Source: Lingula anatina
Lineage: Eukaryota > Animalia > Brachiopoda
Length of the DNA stretch: 64,000 nt
Reading direction: 5' to 3'
NCBI GenBank assembly: GCA_051362555.1
Contig: CM120642.1
Coordinates: 28,148,001-28,212,000 of the forward strand
In this document: positions 23,501 through 36,571 of the stretch, in pieces
Numbering within the stretch: position 1 is the first letter of the stretch
Layout of the letters: each line of letters opens with the position of its first letter
Notes under the pieces: generated by a model
The model's database searches: none
Seen by the model: the letters and a program-made list of their open reading frames with translations, nothing else
What the model was told of the DNA's origin: nothing
Program-made: the position numbers and the translations under genes

Positions 23501-26500
23501 TACCCACTTTATCTAATTTTGTGAGACAGCGCGCCTTCTGTTGACTAAAAACTATTTCCTTTCCTTCCATTTTAGGTGATGTATGAAATTATATTACGAT
23601 ATAAACATAATCTTTTTGCCTGGTAAATTATGCGGTCAACTACACAGGCCCTACATGCATATTCTCTATAAAACTGTGTCCACTGGCGTTTCTATTTGAG
23701 AGATGGGATGTTATTTGCCTCCAACAGAATCTTATAAAGTCAGACAAAGTGTGAAATAAAATGAAATTAGATAGAGTACACGAAGGGTTGGTACTCACCG
23801 CACAGGTTACAACTCTTCTTACAAGGCTCACTGTAATTTGGGTCAGAGCACATTCCAAGAGATTTGAAATTTTGACAGTCCGTTGGATTGACGTCGAAAC
23901 ACAACTCGGCGGCTTATAAAATAAACAACATTTATAACTTCATCAAAAGAGAAATAAATGTTATCTTATGTAATGGGTTTACGTCGAGATAAAATGGACC
24001 TCTTATTTTAGTCAACTGTGTTTATGATTTCGACAGGAATCATGTAATCATCAAATTACACCATCACGTACCAACACAGCATACCAAAAAATTGCCAAGG
24101 TTTGTTGGCGAAACGCAAAAAAGGCATTCCGCTGGAACGAAACTAGTCTTTTACTAGAAATTACCAAAACACCCGTGACAGACAAGTTTATCATATTCTC
24201 AAGTTATCTTACACGTCCTGGTCATTGACATCTCCAGGTGCGTTACATTGCGTGGAGGGACACCAGTGGATCCGATAGGTGCTACGGCACCGACGTATAA
24301 GTTCGCCGTGAAGGTCGCGTCGCCTATGGTCTTTGGAAAAGTCTAAGAACAGAACGTGAATATTGATATTTATATGTACATAAATGAAATTTAAAGCATT
24401 ATCATAAATGTTCATCGTATGCAGGATCTTTAACAAATTAAAGATAAAGATTTAATTTAGTAATTTACTGACGATAACGTCAAAATGAAAATCAAATAAT
24501 TTCAAAAGACTACTTGTTCTTCAGGTAGCAATGTTTCACTTTTATTTATTAAGTGCTGCATAAGTGAACCACGGTAATACACTTAGTGGTCATCCATTTT
24601 TATCACCATTTTCACAAGTCTACAAAGAGTAGACTTTTCCCAGACCCCCGACCCTCCCCCTTCAGACAGTACAAGGTGAAAAGCTCAAAATGATGATTGA
24701 TGAATTTTTACAGCAATTTGCATCATCATTTATATTTTTTACAAAAGCGTACCGTGTACGGTTTGAAGACTTGTGAAAATGATGGTGAAAATTACTTAAA
24801 ACGTATTTGTACCTATTCAGACCTACCATGGCAAATTTAGGCGGTAACTGCCTTGGCTGGCTCATGATAAGGTACATCCAGTGTTCGTCCTCCCAACTAG
24901 CATAACAGTGTATTTTTTCCTCTGTAAGCACAAGTAAATTTTATATCTACCCTCTACCAGAGTCACAGGTTGATTTTTCACTAGATATTTACAGATATGC
25001 TTCTGGTTAATTGCTGACACTTTTATGCACTGTGAAAAACTTGCACAAATTTTATCTGCGGCCCTAGATTTACTAGATATGACTGTGTAAAAAACACTGT
25101 ATTGTCAAGTAAAAAGCCAATATAAGTAATGCAATATGTACACTCTAGTGTAAACATTTGGACTTACCTTTCGTGGTGGATATAGGATTGCATTCTTCCG
25201 TAGGGAAAATAAAGTCCATCCCTTCTCCCTGAATGCATTCACTCTCCAATCTGGACGGAATGAATTGTGTCGGACACAACTTCTGTAAGAGTCAAAGACA
25301 TGAAAAGCTGTTATTAAAATGTTCTAAGTAACGATGCCTGTGGACAAGCAAGCTATAAGAACAAGAACGATTTAAACCCTTAAAAATTGTTGTCACTTCC
25401 AAGGGAGTAAATTGTAATGGCAATAAGAAGAGAATTCTTTTAAATTCCATTGATGACTCAAATGATAGGGGCCTACTATGTAGAGAGAAATTTAGACCCT
25501 GGACAAGTACATTACGTACATATTGATCATTCTTCAAGTAGTACATGCATATGTACATGTTGTGTGCACGTGCGTGTAAGGCTGTATGCTACACATGCGC
25601 GTGTAGGTGCAAACACAAAAGTCAACCACTCATCAGAGCGTGTGATTTTACAACCTCATGAAAAATATCCATACGTAAGGACTCGGCTGAGAAGAACGAG
25701 ATTCTCGCCAAATCTCACCTGTCTCTTAGCAATGTCCGTGGTGACGAAGTCAAACCCTCCAATGAGCGGGCACTCTATCCACTGTTCCGTCAGTCTAGGA
25801 CCTGGAGAATAAGCACGTGAGGTTTGAATCTTAGAGCAAAATTTGAAGCAATTTTCAGAAGCACATTTACGACAGTAATCATACTCTAACAGGGAGATTC
25901 AGTGATTACATAGTGTATCACAGACTTCTCATTGATATTTGACATATATAGATTGGTACACATTTCAATCTTAAGCTAGAGATTTTTCAATTAGTTTTAA
26001 ACTTGCGTAAATTCTAAATTTTGTAAACTGAGTGCTAATCATATAGACTTTTCAAGTTCTCGCAATTGATTCCTAATTAACTTTCAAATCTAAATGGGAA
26101 TAATCGGCCTCCAATGATTTACGCCTTTATGTCCTATTAAAAAAGAAGGCAGGTGTCTATTTATGTAAGTAGCAATTGAACACTATTTTCCTATTTCAGA
26201 CACTATACTAACCAAGCCACGGCCAGTCATAATCGGCGTCCACGGACAATGAATCATCGTCGCATTTGACTTGGTCTATCGACGACCACGCCACTCCTGA
26301 AATGTTCAATTAAAATATTATTCAGTTTAAAATGTTGGCAAAACACGAACGCTTACTCTATCAGGCGCTGTTAAATATATCTCGTTTTATTTTCTTATTC
26401 ATTTTTTTTTTCAATCTTTAAATATCAAAGCACTAGGGGAATTCCCAATATACTTCATGTATTACCTGTCCGGACTTGTACCACTATACCACTCCGTCTG

Positions 26501-29500
26501 ATAAACTGCATGCATTTATATTCTTTGACTCTGAAAAAAATAAAAAAAATCTAAATCCTATAAAAAATTGTGATACATCATATAAAACGACAAAAACCAT
26601 TTAATTAACAATATTTTAATTCTCTAAGTTTTATGGACACGATCACAACAAAGAATCAAACAGTTTTGTCAATCATCACACAAGTAGAGTAATTTTGTTA
26701 AAAAGAATCTCTGTCACATTCAAATAAGACCTTCTCTAACACAATCACACAAACTCAGAACAAGCATGGAAATTACCCTGGGCGGTGTTTCTTCGTTTCT
26801 CTTACAATGAATTTATTATGGTGTTGGCTTTGCAGACAGACCCTCGTGTAAAGCTCCGCCGTGCTGATGCATATGCCATCCGAACAGTCTGCTTCGTTTC
26901 GCCGTAGAGATTCTATGGTGTTTTTGTTAATTCTGTGTTCCACTTGGGTGATCCACCGGGAGCCGTCCGCCTTCCACAGTCTTTGTGTTATCCAGGGCAT
27001 GAGATCGCCATCCTGTGTCATGGGACTCTGGACGAATCTTGGAAATGTGCACTCACTCGGGTGATCGTGCTGAGCAGCCACTTGAAAAAAAATTGTAAAA
27101 AAAAACTCCAGTTTCATTAATGAAATAATTAATGACGATTTCATTTTGAGACGATCAAATGGAAGAGATCGAAAGTAATTGGTGATTTAGGGGAGTGTGG
27201 AATGTACTCTTGCAAAAGGTCGAAGATGCTATAATGAATGAGTAAAACCCAAGGTATCAATCTAAACTAGTGAATGATGTAATAATGGCAAAAGATTTAT
27301 CATAATCAGCGTTAAGATGAACCAATTTGCCAAAAACAAAAAATGCACTTGTAAACTCGGGCAACAGATGACCAAAAATTGACAAGAGCCTTAGATCGCC
27401 CCATAAATGTTCAGGAAGCTAGTTTCTGTTATCAATCATAAACACATTTGAGTATCGATCATTTTCAAGTGTTATAATAATAACAATGCACATGTATATT
27501 CACTAACCTACCAGTTCTTTATTGCAATACCACAGCCGATTACGTAAGTATCTTTGAATGTTCTTTATAACTCTTTTCAGCAAAGAGGTAAGTTTGAAAA
27601 TAGAGAAAAGAAGAGGAGAGAATGAAAGTAAGAAAATTGATTTTCTTAACAATCAGAAAATTTTAGCATTCATCCCCTTAGTTTTTCTGCATTGCATTTC
27701 ATTTGTTGTATAAACCCCTTAGGCCTTAGAATGATCAATGGGATTTATTGCAATTCAGATGGCACGTTTTCAATTGAGATATCTTCTCGGCGAATCCTGC
27801 ATTTATAAAAAAACATGCAGCGGGAGTAATTAAGGCCTGTTGGTGAATGAGAGCAGATGCCATTCAACTTACCATGACGCTAACTCGCAGGTCGGTATTT
27901 AAGTTTTATTTATGGCCAGGAGACCAGCTGCTACATACGTAAACAGAATGGTGTTTGCGCAAACTAATTTGCAGCCAACTACTAATTTGAGATAAAGTAG
28001 GGGTGCTCTTTTGCGTTATATTAGAGCCATTTATGTTGAATGTCCCATTTATAATTAGCCAATTTTGTTAAAGCGTTTCTGTTTAGTAAGCTATATCCAT
28101 CTAATTTTTTTTTCATAAACCAAAATGCCTTTGAGATTAGCTAGAAGAAGGCGATACTGGTTTGCTCACATTCCCATAGGACGTCTTTTGATTTAGAAGT
28201 TTAATATTTTTTTTTACTTCTTGATAAACAATCTTTAAAGGAAAAATGGAAAGTATTTCCTAAACTTGTCCTTAACACTGAATTTCGATTTAAAGGAGCA
28301 AAATGAAAATTTGTGTAGGTGGTTATTTTCTTTAATGTTGGCAAGTAAAACATTTATAAAAACGTGTCGAAAAACTTCCCAAATTCCAGAGATTCGTTTT
28401 AGCCACAGTTACTCATCAAATCATTGACAATGGAAGATGCAGGGGCGAAGGTTCTTCCTTCTCCATCACACACACAAAAAATATAAATAATGCAAACGAG
28501 GCGAACCAAAACCAAAAAAGCCCTGTAACCCTCATATTATAGCACAATGTCCTCGTCTACTAGTTTAAATATTTCGTGCAGAGCAGGGCCAAATCTTAAT
28601 CTCTCTCCCCCCCCCCCCCCCCCACCCCACTTAGCTGGACCCGCAGTTGTACTTCCTTTTACTTAAATACTTATATTCGGAGTTCCTTAACAAGAGGTAT
28701 ATTGCCCAGGATTGACTGTCAAACCTACAGTTGAAACTTTATCAAATGACATAAATAGCTAGGTGAACATGCTCTAAATTCGACCTTATAGAGCGAGTTG
28801 ATCATAAAAAAACTTGCTGCATTCGTTTTATCAGTGAAGACAGGAAACATATTGTGGTGAGCGTATTTTAGAAAGACCTGTCATTATTTTTGGTGACACC
28901 TTCCGTTCCATCTTCCTCTACTTCTTCCTCTAAAGTGAGCGGTATCGTTAACTACGTGCTGCAGATGCCGTTAAAAACAACATCACGATGCCGTGGCTTA
29001 TATAGCGTTTGACCACAATCGAACGACCTATTTTATTTTTATTTTTTTATTATTATTATTATTATTTTTTTTTGCTTCGGTCAGGACTCGGACGATTATT
29101 CATCCAAGGTCAGGATGTCAAAATATCTAAACCTATTTTCCCTGGGCTATTTGAACTTTTCTTAGGTCAAGCTTAAGCTTTTGCACCACCAGAGTAAATC
29201 AAACTGGTATCAAATTTAGATCTTTTTTGCGTCACCTGTGGACAAGGGCATATCTTTTTACTTACTACTTCGCCATGAACAGAAAAAACACAATAAAACA
29301 ACACACATCATATTAAAAACACTTTCCAAAATGACTACAATAATCAAAAATTACAATTAAGCCCAGTTTCTCCATAAATGAAAAAAAAAACATTTCTCTA
29401 TCTATACGTTAAAAATAGTAATTGTCTTTCTATTTTTTATAATAGCTTCTTTTCTGACATAACTTATAAGTATAATATCTGAACAGTTATATGATCTTCA

Positions 29501-31436
29501 TTTCCTTTGGCTGTCGTCACAACTTCGAAGACTATCAATTAAAAGTGATACATATATATTTTACTTGTGTGTTCATTGCAAAAATTCTCACTACCCTTCC
29601 CCCTCCCTCCCCCCCCCCCCCCCCCTCCACCACACAAAATGTAAAAATGCGATTACTATGTTACTTATAACGTGCAGGCCGTATCAAGAGAGAGAAGAGA
29701 GCCTGATTAACCATATCTGCCTCAACCTTGCTACAGCCAAGAAATATCCTCCAATGCCCCAATCTGCCCCCGCGCTTCAAATCGACCAATGTCATTTAAT
29801 CAAAGTAGATGGTCTATAGATAGCCAAGTTAGACGCATTCATTATTCAAAGCTCAGGGGATCAATTGAAACGTACATCTTTTCTCTCAACCGAAGTAGTC
29901 GTTTATTTTCTCGTTCATCTGGGGCCGCCTGCAGTTTTACTCGGTTGGCAATTCCCAGTTCGTACAATGCTACAAGCAGTGTTGCTGAGCCATGAAATGC
30001 CATAGACACGAATGGAAAATGAATGAAAGTTTCCTGAAATCGCTTGTTTTATTTACAGATTTCCTGGAATATGTTCAGGGGATTACTTTTGCGCTATTTA
30101 TTGCATATAAGACGATCGTATTTTACTACTGAGCGTAATGAGAGGCTCAATCGTGATAAGCATGCACATTTAAGTACCTTTCTTACCTTTTGCTTTTCTT
30201 TCTTTGCCTTTTTATATTATTATTCGTTTATCTATACATATATTTATTCATGAGAAAGAGAATTTACAAACATTCCCTATCGTACCATCATAGAAATCAG
30301 ACAAGAACAGGGCTGTCATTACCACAAGCCATAGGCCAAAATTTTTAAAAAAGCAATTGTTACACAAGGTTAACATTATTTCATGCAACGATAAATTGCA
30401 ATAATACAGTTTTATTTTCACAGCCATACAGATGTGTTACTTTAATAAACGTTATTAGAATATAATTTTTCGCTCCAAATCAATATAATGATAGAGAAAT
30501 GCATTTCTAATTAAACTACAGAGATGATGTTTCCACAAAACGAGTCTTTTTCTCGTAAAAAGTCCATGAAATAAAGCAAACGTGATGGTTGAATTGGCAC
30601 AGCTACATATATCGAATGAAAAAATAAAATATATCCATTGTATTCGCTTCAAATTCGACGTTTACTTTCCCCATCAATCTTAACAAATAATTTGTACATG
30701 TAAAAAAGCATCCCAAATGCCTCTCTATCTTCCGTTAGATGCTTTACGCTTAACGCTTGCAGATCTCAGAATCTCGTTAGTTTCGCATAATTGGGTGCCA
30801 TTTATGCTTGCGTTCTCTTATATTCTCTTTTATCTTCACATATTCTACGTCTAGTATTGATCAAAAAATACAACACACTGGGTTTTCGTTCTGACTTCAA
30901 TTATTCAAACCATTTTCCATCCAAGCAGGATTCAGCTTAAGCAGATATATCAATAACCTTTTTTGACTTTATTTGTTTTTACACAGATCATTCTGGATGC
31001 CTGTATACCAATTGCAAAATTTGATAGTAAGCAGAAGTACCAAATATCCAGTTTGAAAGTCAGTATTGTAAAAGGGTAGGGAGATTGTATCTTGATGCTT
31101 TCAATGCAACGTTTTCAATTACCTGCGGGTTGAAATCCTTTAATCTTTAACCTATGCATCTGTTTCCTAGCAACGCACGCTGGGAGCGGGGGAGGGGAGG
31201 GGAGGGATTGCAACAAGCCGTTTCTGGGTTAAATGTTTAGTGCTTCTTCGTACAACAGGTAAGATACATGTAGGTGATAAGAAATCGTTGAGATAATACT
31301 CGGAAAATCGATTAAAATTTATATATTGGTCACAGCTTTATAACACATTCACGTCTATACACTCATTAAACTAACCTGGTAGAATGCTAAAATTCACAAC
31401 CAAACTCCACAGCGCCAAAATACACCACCGCCACAT
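20538..31436 (-). CDS. Secreted/GPI-anchored Cys-rich protein (676 aa, 16 coding exons) with two repeated modules and a central ShKT domain
   Basis: Exons (5'->3'): 31436-31376, 27080-26777, 26530-26466, 26296-26213, 25801-25719, 25282-25168, 24921-24827, 24342-24213, 23912-23799, 23459-23258, 23001-22937, 22646-22539, 22176-21979, 21813-21701, 21272-21128, 20686-20538; 2031 nt, all GT-AG, open frame. Signal MWRWCILALWSLVVNFSILPVAA; motifs CTFPRFVQ, YKCMQFIRRSGIVVQVR, CPLIGGFDF, RLESECIQGEGMDFIF, HCYASWED, YTCMSFKRANPNVLKYRL; tail SKGGATS...FVYLVLILFLRCFH*. Resembles the uncharacterised DUF7042/7043-type (PTHR22255-like) proteins from memory, not verified. Confidence 0.85.
23799..23912 (-). 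other. ShKT domain encoded by a single symmetric (phase 1-1) exon
   Basis: CFDVNPTDCQNFKSLGMCSDPNYSEPCKKSCNLC: six Cys ending in C-x3-C-x2-C. Confidence 0.85.
24586..24790. mobile_element. Harbinger-like MITE (GGTCATCCAT-TIR family), partial copy
   Basis: ggtcatccatttttatcaccattttcacaagtctacaaag...gacttgtgaaaatgatggtgaaa; related to 34949-35198 and 42365-42579. Confidence 0.6.
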
Positions 31437-34400
31437 GTCCACAGAGTCTGAAACGGCTGGAAAAGAAAAAAGGTATTCTGGTAAAACAATGAGAAAAACA
31501 CCACAGAAAGTACGGTTTCCGTTTATTGTTTACAGAATAAACGTTTCCCTGGATTCACCAGCCCATGCGTGTAGCTTTGAGGGCTAAGACTGACCTTACA
31601 GAGGCCTTTCAGGCAGCGCCGTCCATTACGCCAATTGGCCCAAGCATTTAGCGATATTGTTAGACACGATTTTAAGAGAATGAACTCGGGAGAACAACCG
31701 CTGATTCGTGTAGACTGCAAAACTTGCCATAATATGACAGTCCCATTTTTGCCTTGCCCACTTCATTGTCCATTCTGCGCTATATTTCGCTTTCAATTTC
31801 CTCTCATGACATTTGAAATAAACTTCATCTTTTCTTTACCTTTAATTTAAAATATTACTCACACCTCGTGTTACACTGTTTAGATATAGTGCACATGCTC
31901 GGTAAGCGTATATTACGTTAATGGGAAGCGGAATTACGGATTGAGCCCAATGGTATAACTAGTGACTCATATCTACGATGAAACATGCTTCTTTTAAAAA
32001 TTCATTTGGACTCTGTTTAATACGTATTTTTATTAGATGTGGTATTGAATCGGAACGGATGGATAAGATAAGTGTTATCTCTATGGCGGGTTTTTCAAAA
32101 TGTTACATTTTATGAGACAGAGATAGAGAGAGAATTTTTGTTATCGAAAGGGAACAGCTTAAAGATTACAGCGGAAAAGAACCCGGAGTTTCAGAGATTA
32201 CTTACCCCACCCCCTCCCCCAACCCTCTAGTGCAAGGAATAATAGAAGTGAGCTTCCGGTAATCCATAAAATTCAGGGTAGGATTTAGAAGACCATTGTT
32301 GAATAGAAAAAACTGAAGCGAAACACACGGTGCAGGCTCATGTTCGCTGACCTGGGTCGAAAAAGATAGCGGAATACCTCGTTGTTGTTGTGAAATTCCT
32401 GAGAGCCTATCAGGTGTATTCAGTAAACACAATTTACCCTAAACTACCGTTAAATAAGACGCTGCAAGTGGTACAAAATAGATGATATTTCGCTAGGGGT
32501 TTTCTACATCGGTGTAGTGTTTTTCACATCGTGTCAGCTGCCCTTTTTATAACCCTTTTTTTTTTTCATTCACTCATGTTATTCAAACCTTTTTTTAAAA
32601 CAGTAACTACCAGAAAGTACGCACATGCAATGTCTGATTAAGTATAGTCAAACAGTAAAAGGTGAGAAAAAAGTAAATAATTCAGTTTGATATGAGAACT
32701 TTTACTTAGTTACTTTTAACATACATGTACACATATAGGCCTACATGTCCGTACAAAGGGTCGCAGTCACATATAAAACACTGCTACATGCATACATTTC
32801 TTACGTTTTTGAACGGAAAACTTTGACAGTTTTAAAACCTTATCAAACTCATAAAAATGATGGGAGTATCAACTGTGATTAACTAAGTCTCCTCTCGACA
32901 AACGAGTATCGCTACACCTGCGATTATTACAATGCGACATAACTGTTATCGCCTACTTCTTCAAACTTTCTCTTTCTCCGAACGCCACGAATCTCATGGC
33001 TTGTAAACAGTGAGCAAAAAGATAATTTTATCGTCCCGGGTTGGCAGTTATTTTGCACTTTTATGTGGCGTAGGAGGCGTTTGCGGTTAGATTCTGGTAT
33101 GTCTCACAACTCAATTACTATATATACCAGTAAAGCTAAGGAAACTTTGGTCGAACCTAAGACAAAACATAATGACGCATCAGTCCGTGTTAGGCTAACG
33201 GTGATAGTTTCTTTCCGAGTTTCTGTAAAATTTTAGGAAAATCGATAAACGCTAGAACTTAACTTAACTTTATAATCTTTTTTAAGGGGACGCAGCTCGT
33301 TTTCTATAAAATTAATGAAGAAGTGGCCGATCCTGTCAGATCCTGTGATATACCCGCATATGTCGCGGTTGTCCTTGGTGAATGTCTTAATGACATTCAT
33401 GAAGTGTTGTTTTATTTCGAGATTCTGTAAATTCAAGTGAATGGGCGTGTACTTGTCGGTAGTCATGATAAGTAGTTCACCACGACCATCGAAGTACCGA
33501 ATGCCCATGACCCAAGTGAACTCAAAGAAGCGAATTCTCTTGAACAATGAGTGGAACAATGGGTTTTTTCTTTGTCCTGGTAGTCAGAAGAGCTACATCT
33601 GTAGCAACGTATTTTCTTTAATTTACGCTAGGGCCCATAATGCTTTCACGGGTCGAACGATCATAGTTTTACCTGAACCGCACCGACACAGATAGTTTTG
33701 GAGATACTAAAAATAAAGATCTAAAAAAAAATGGGAGGGGGGAGATGTGATTTAAACATATATAATTATTCTCTTAAGAAGCGAAGGGATTGGATAATTG
33801 CAATGAGCAAATGCGTGGACTTGGCAGGTACATTTATCATCTCAGCTTGTAAGTTCGTTCTCATAGTTGGTGGAAAGTATCTTCATCGAGTATATTAAGA
33901 AAAAACACGAGTACCCACCATACCTTTACCTAATGACTCACATCTGGGGGAGTTTTCCTTGTGCAAACTCTTGCGCTGATATTGAACAAAATAATCAACC
34001 GTTTACCTGCAGTAAATGCATCTTGAGAGGAGATATATTAGTGCATTCAACCCCTCTGCTCACACCATACCGTCATGTTAACTGTAGTTCGCTATTGTCA
34101 GTCTTGTCTGTGTTCCCGTTAGTATCGACATTATACTCAAATGTGCTCGTTAAATTAAACTTCTTTTAAATCCTAGTTGGCAGGTTGGATCGTAGACAAA
34201 GCAAGAGTTTGACCTGATAGCCCATGACATGGTTAATAAGGAAGGGTTGATGCTGATGACGGTAATCATGATGATGTTGATGATGATGATGATAGCGGAT
34301 ATGATGATCACAAGGATGGGAGAACCGAAGGCATCAGAAGGCAGACGATTTCCCGCCCTAGAATTTGTCCAGATATTCACCGTTCAGTCTATGCCCAGGT

Positions 34401-34640
34401 GAGAAGGCACAGGATTCTGAGAGATCACTACCACGGGGTGGTTAACCTGATCGATTTTCAACCTATCTACCTCAGGGCAAGGACAAGCGTGATAGTGGAC
34501 AAAACATACAATCAAAGCATTAAAAAATCGGTCGCTCGATAAAGGTTGACATGTCAGTCTTGTAATAATTTGATTACGTCTAGCAGTATTTCCGTGATTT
34601 ATGATAACACTCTTAGCTATAACTGTGCTTCCCATCTATA
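29700..34640 (-). pseudogene. Decayed multi-exon nuclease (NERD/PD-(D/E)xK-like) plus P-loop SF1-helicase-like gene
   Basis: Stop-riddled minus-strand segments in plausible order: HPVVVISQ (~34420), VMGYQVK (~34220), KVWW...DEDTFHQL*ER (~33880), Walker A YLCRCGSGKTMIV..KALW (33640-33706), Walker-B-like GHFFINF (~33320), and an acceptor at 30033 followed by ETFIHF...LLVALYELGI...YFLAVARLRQIWLI. The family call is pattern recognition only. Confidence 0.45.
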
Positions 34641-34948
34641 TTGCCATGAGCTTAGATAACGTTTATCTAATGGTGATAATTACTTTGATAAATGTCACTT
34701 TTAATACAAACTGGCTGACAGTTATTAGATTAATAACCGATTTTGCACTAAAATATTAACTTTGAGCTTCTATTATAATATACTCGACACAGAAAAGGGG
34801 AGGCGGGGAGGGTAACATATATCCAACTGGTCAATTATATTTTTGTTATATCAATAAACATTTGTTCCAGGAACAATTTCTCACTTTAACATATATTGGG
34901 TACATATATTTATATCAGGCTCAAACTACTTCATGGGCCTTTTTTATC

Positions 34949-35198
34949 TAGGGTCATCCATTTTCATCATCATTTTTACAGGTCTACTAACCGTACGCTT
35001 GGGGGTGGGCGGTGGGGCTGGGGGTTAATGAACTCTGCACGCTTTTAAAAATAATTAAAGTGATGATCCAAATTGCTGTCAAAGGCTATCATTTTTACTT
35101 TTTCACACTGTACGCTCTAAAGGGGGGGGGGGCTGGGAAAAGTCAAAGCTTTGTAGACTTGTGAAAATGATGATAAAACTGGTACATGTAGACCCCTC
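34949..35198. mobile_element. Harbinger-like MITE (GGGTCATCCAT-TIR family)
   Basis: tagggtcatccattttcatcatcattttt...gaaaatgatgataaaactgg..gacccct; the internal gatccaaattgctgtcaaagg is shared with 42365-42579. Confidence 0.7.
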
Positions 35199-36472
35199 AT
35201 TAGAATTGCTCTGGAGGACCAACATTATAAGTTTTCGTGATGGGGCTTATACAACTGTATTGTTTATGATTACCATAATATACTAAACATACAGATACTC
35301 AAGCATAAAGTAGTGAGAAAGGAGTTAAACTGAAAACTAATATGTCCAAGTATCAGGCTAGAACTACTAAAATATAACCCAAGTAAGGGAAGACGTTTTC
35401 TATTGGTATATTGCTAAATCCTTTCCTTTCAAGGGAATTTGCCAGATAGGAGTCGAGGCCATCCAGTTAATAGTTTGTGGTGAAAATGTAGCTCAATTAA
35501 TACTTGATAGAATATGTATATGTATCAGCCTTCTTTTCTGTCCCCAGCTTTAATTCACATACATCACTCTAAATCTAGAGCAAAAAAGATATTTAGCTGA
35601 ACAACAGCACAAATAACATAACAACTTTAACATACTCTAGGAAAGGTTGTACCCCGTCATGGTAGAAGTCTATTCCCATCAGATATAGGCCTAACTGTTA
35701 GAAAATGAGGTTATAAAAAACTATTTCCCTACCTGATGTTTTCTTTTCAAACTTAAGCTTTCACGCCACAGTAGCTTTCAAACTCGTCAGGATACCAAAT
35801 TCATATTGACTAGGTGTACAAATTACCATTGCAAGTATGCAGCGAAAAAAATTCTAGGCGCGCCTCGGGCCAGACAACACCGTCTTTTTATTTTTTCAAT
35901 TCTGGCTTTTCACCAAATTCTACAGGGTTGAACTATGACAGCTCGTCTTTCACGGCCTTAATAGGTGTACCGGAATTAACATTGCGTCGGTTTTTCTTAT
36001 GTCAATTTGTCAGGTGAACCAAGTACCGGCTTACAACCTTACATTGAGTCTTGAAGCACAAACTGAAAAACCCAAGTTAAGGTATTTTACTTGTTGGCCG
36101 CCATATATATATACACATATCTTGACTGTCTCTAACATGGATACAAACCATACCGTCATTCTAAAATGTTTTGCCAAGGAAAAGGGGAAATCCCAATTTG
36201 TCGCTACGCCTACAAAAACCATTAGCTAATGAATTAAGCCTTCTGGTGACATCATCTAGACTTGAATGAGGACAGGTATATATCTGTGTCAAAGCGCATC
36301 CTTTTGGTGACGGAAACGGTTATATCTGGATCGTGGTCAAATCAAGGAGCTCCAGCAAAAACTCCGTGGTCAAATCAACTCTGAAGTAAAACAGTGGGCG
36401 GCTTTAAGGTTCTACAAGAGTGCACGACTGACAAACAAAGACAGACAAAAAATGCAGAAAAACAGCGCTCAC

Positions 36473-36571
36473 CTCGATAACGAAGCCAATAACGACACAC
36501 TAACACAAAGAACAGCCTTTATCTTTCAGACAAACCCTATCAGGTTTACTGCTCCTTTGAAGACATGTTAT
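36473..36571 (-). other. Probable non-coding 5' exon with a 6-codon uORF (MSSKEQ*, 36566-36546)
   Basis: Acceptor tttttgttcag and donor GAG|GTGAGC; stops in all three frames. Confidence 0.4.

Noticed and set aside
27574-27593. Plus-strand 7-nt micro-exon (ttttcag CAAAGAG gtaagt)
   Set aside because: No plus-strand gene to host it; likely chance.
31123-31159. Alternative first exon MHRLKIKGFQPA|gtaatt, phase-compatible with the ShKT gene
   Set aside because: No signal peptide and a poor acceptor; exon 31376-31436 fits far better.
34150-34380. Poly-Ile transmembrane-like ORF
   Set aside because: The hydrophobic run comes from an (ATC)n microsatellite within the decayed gene.
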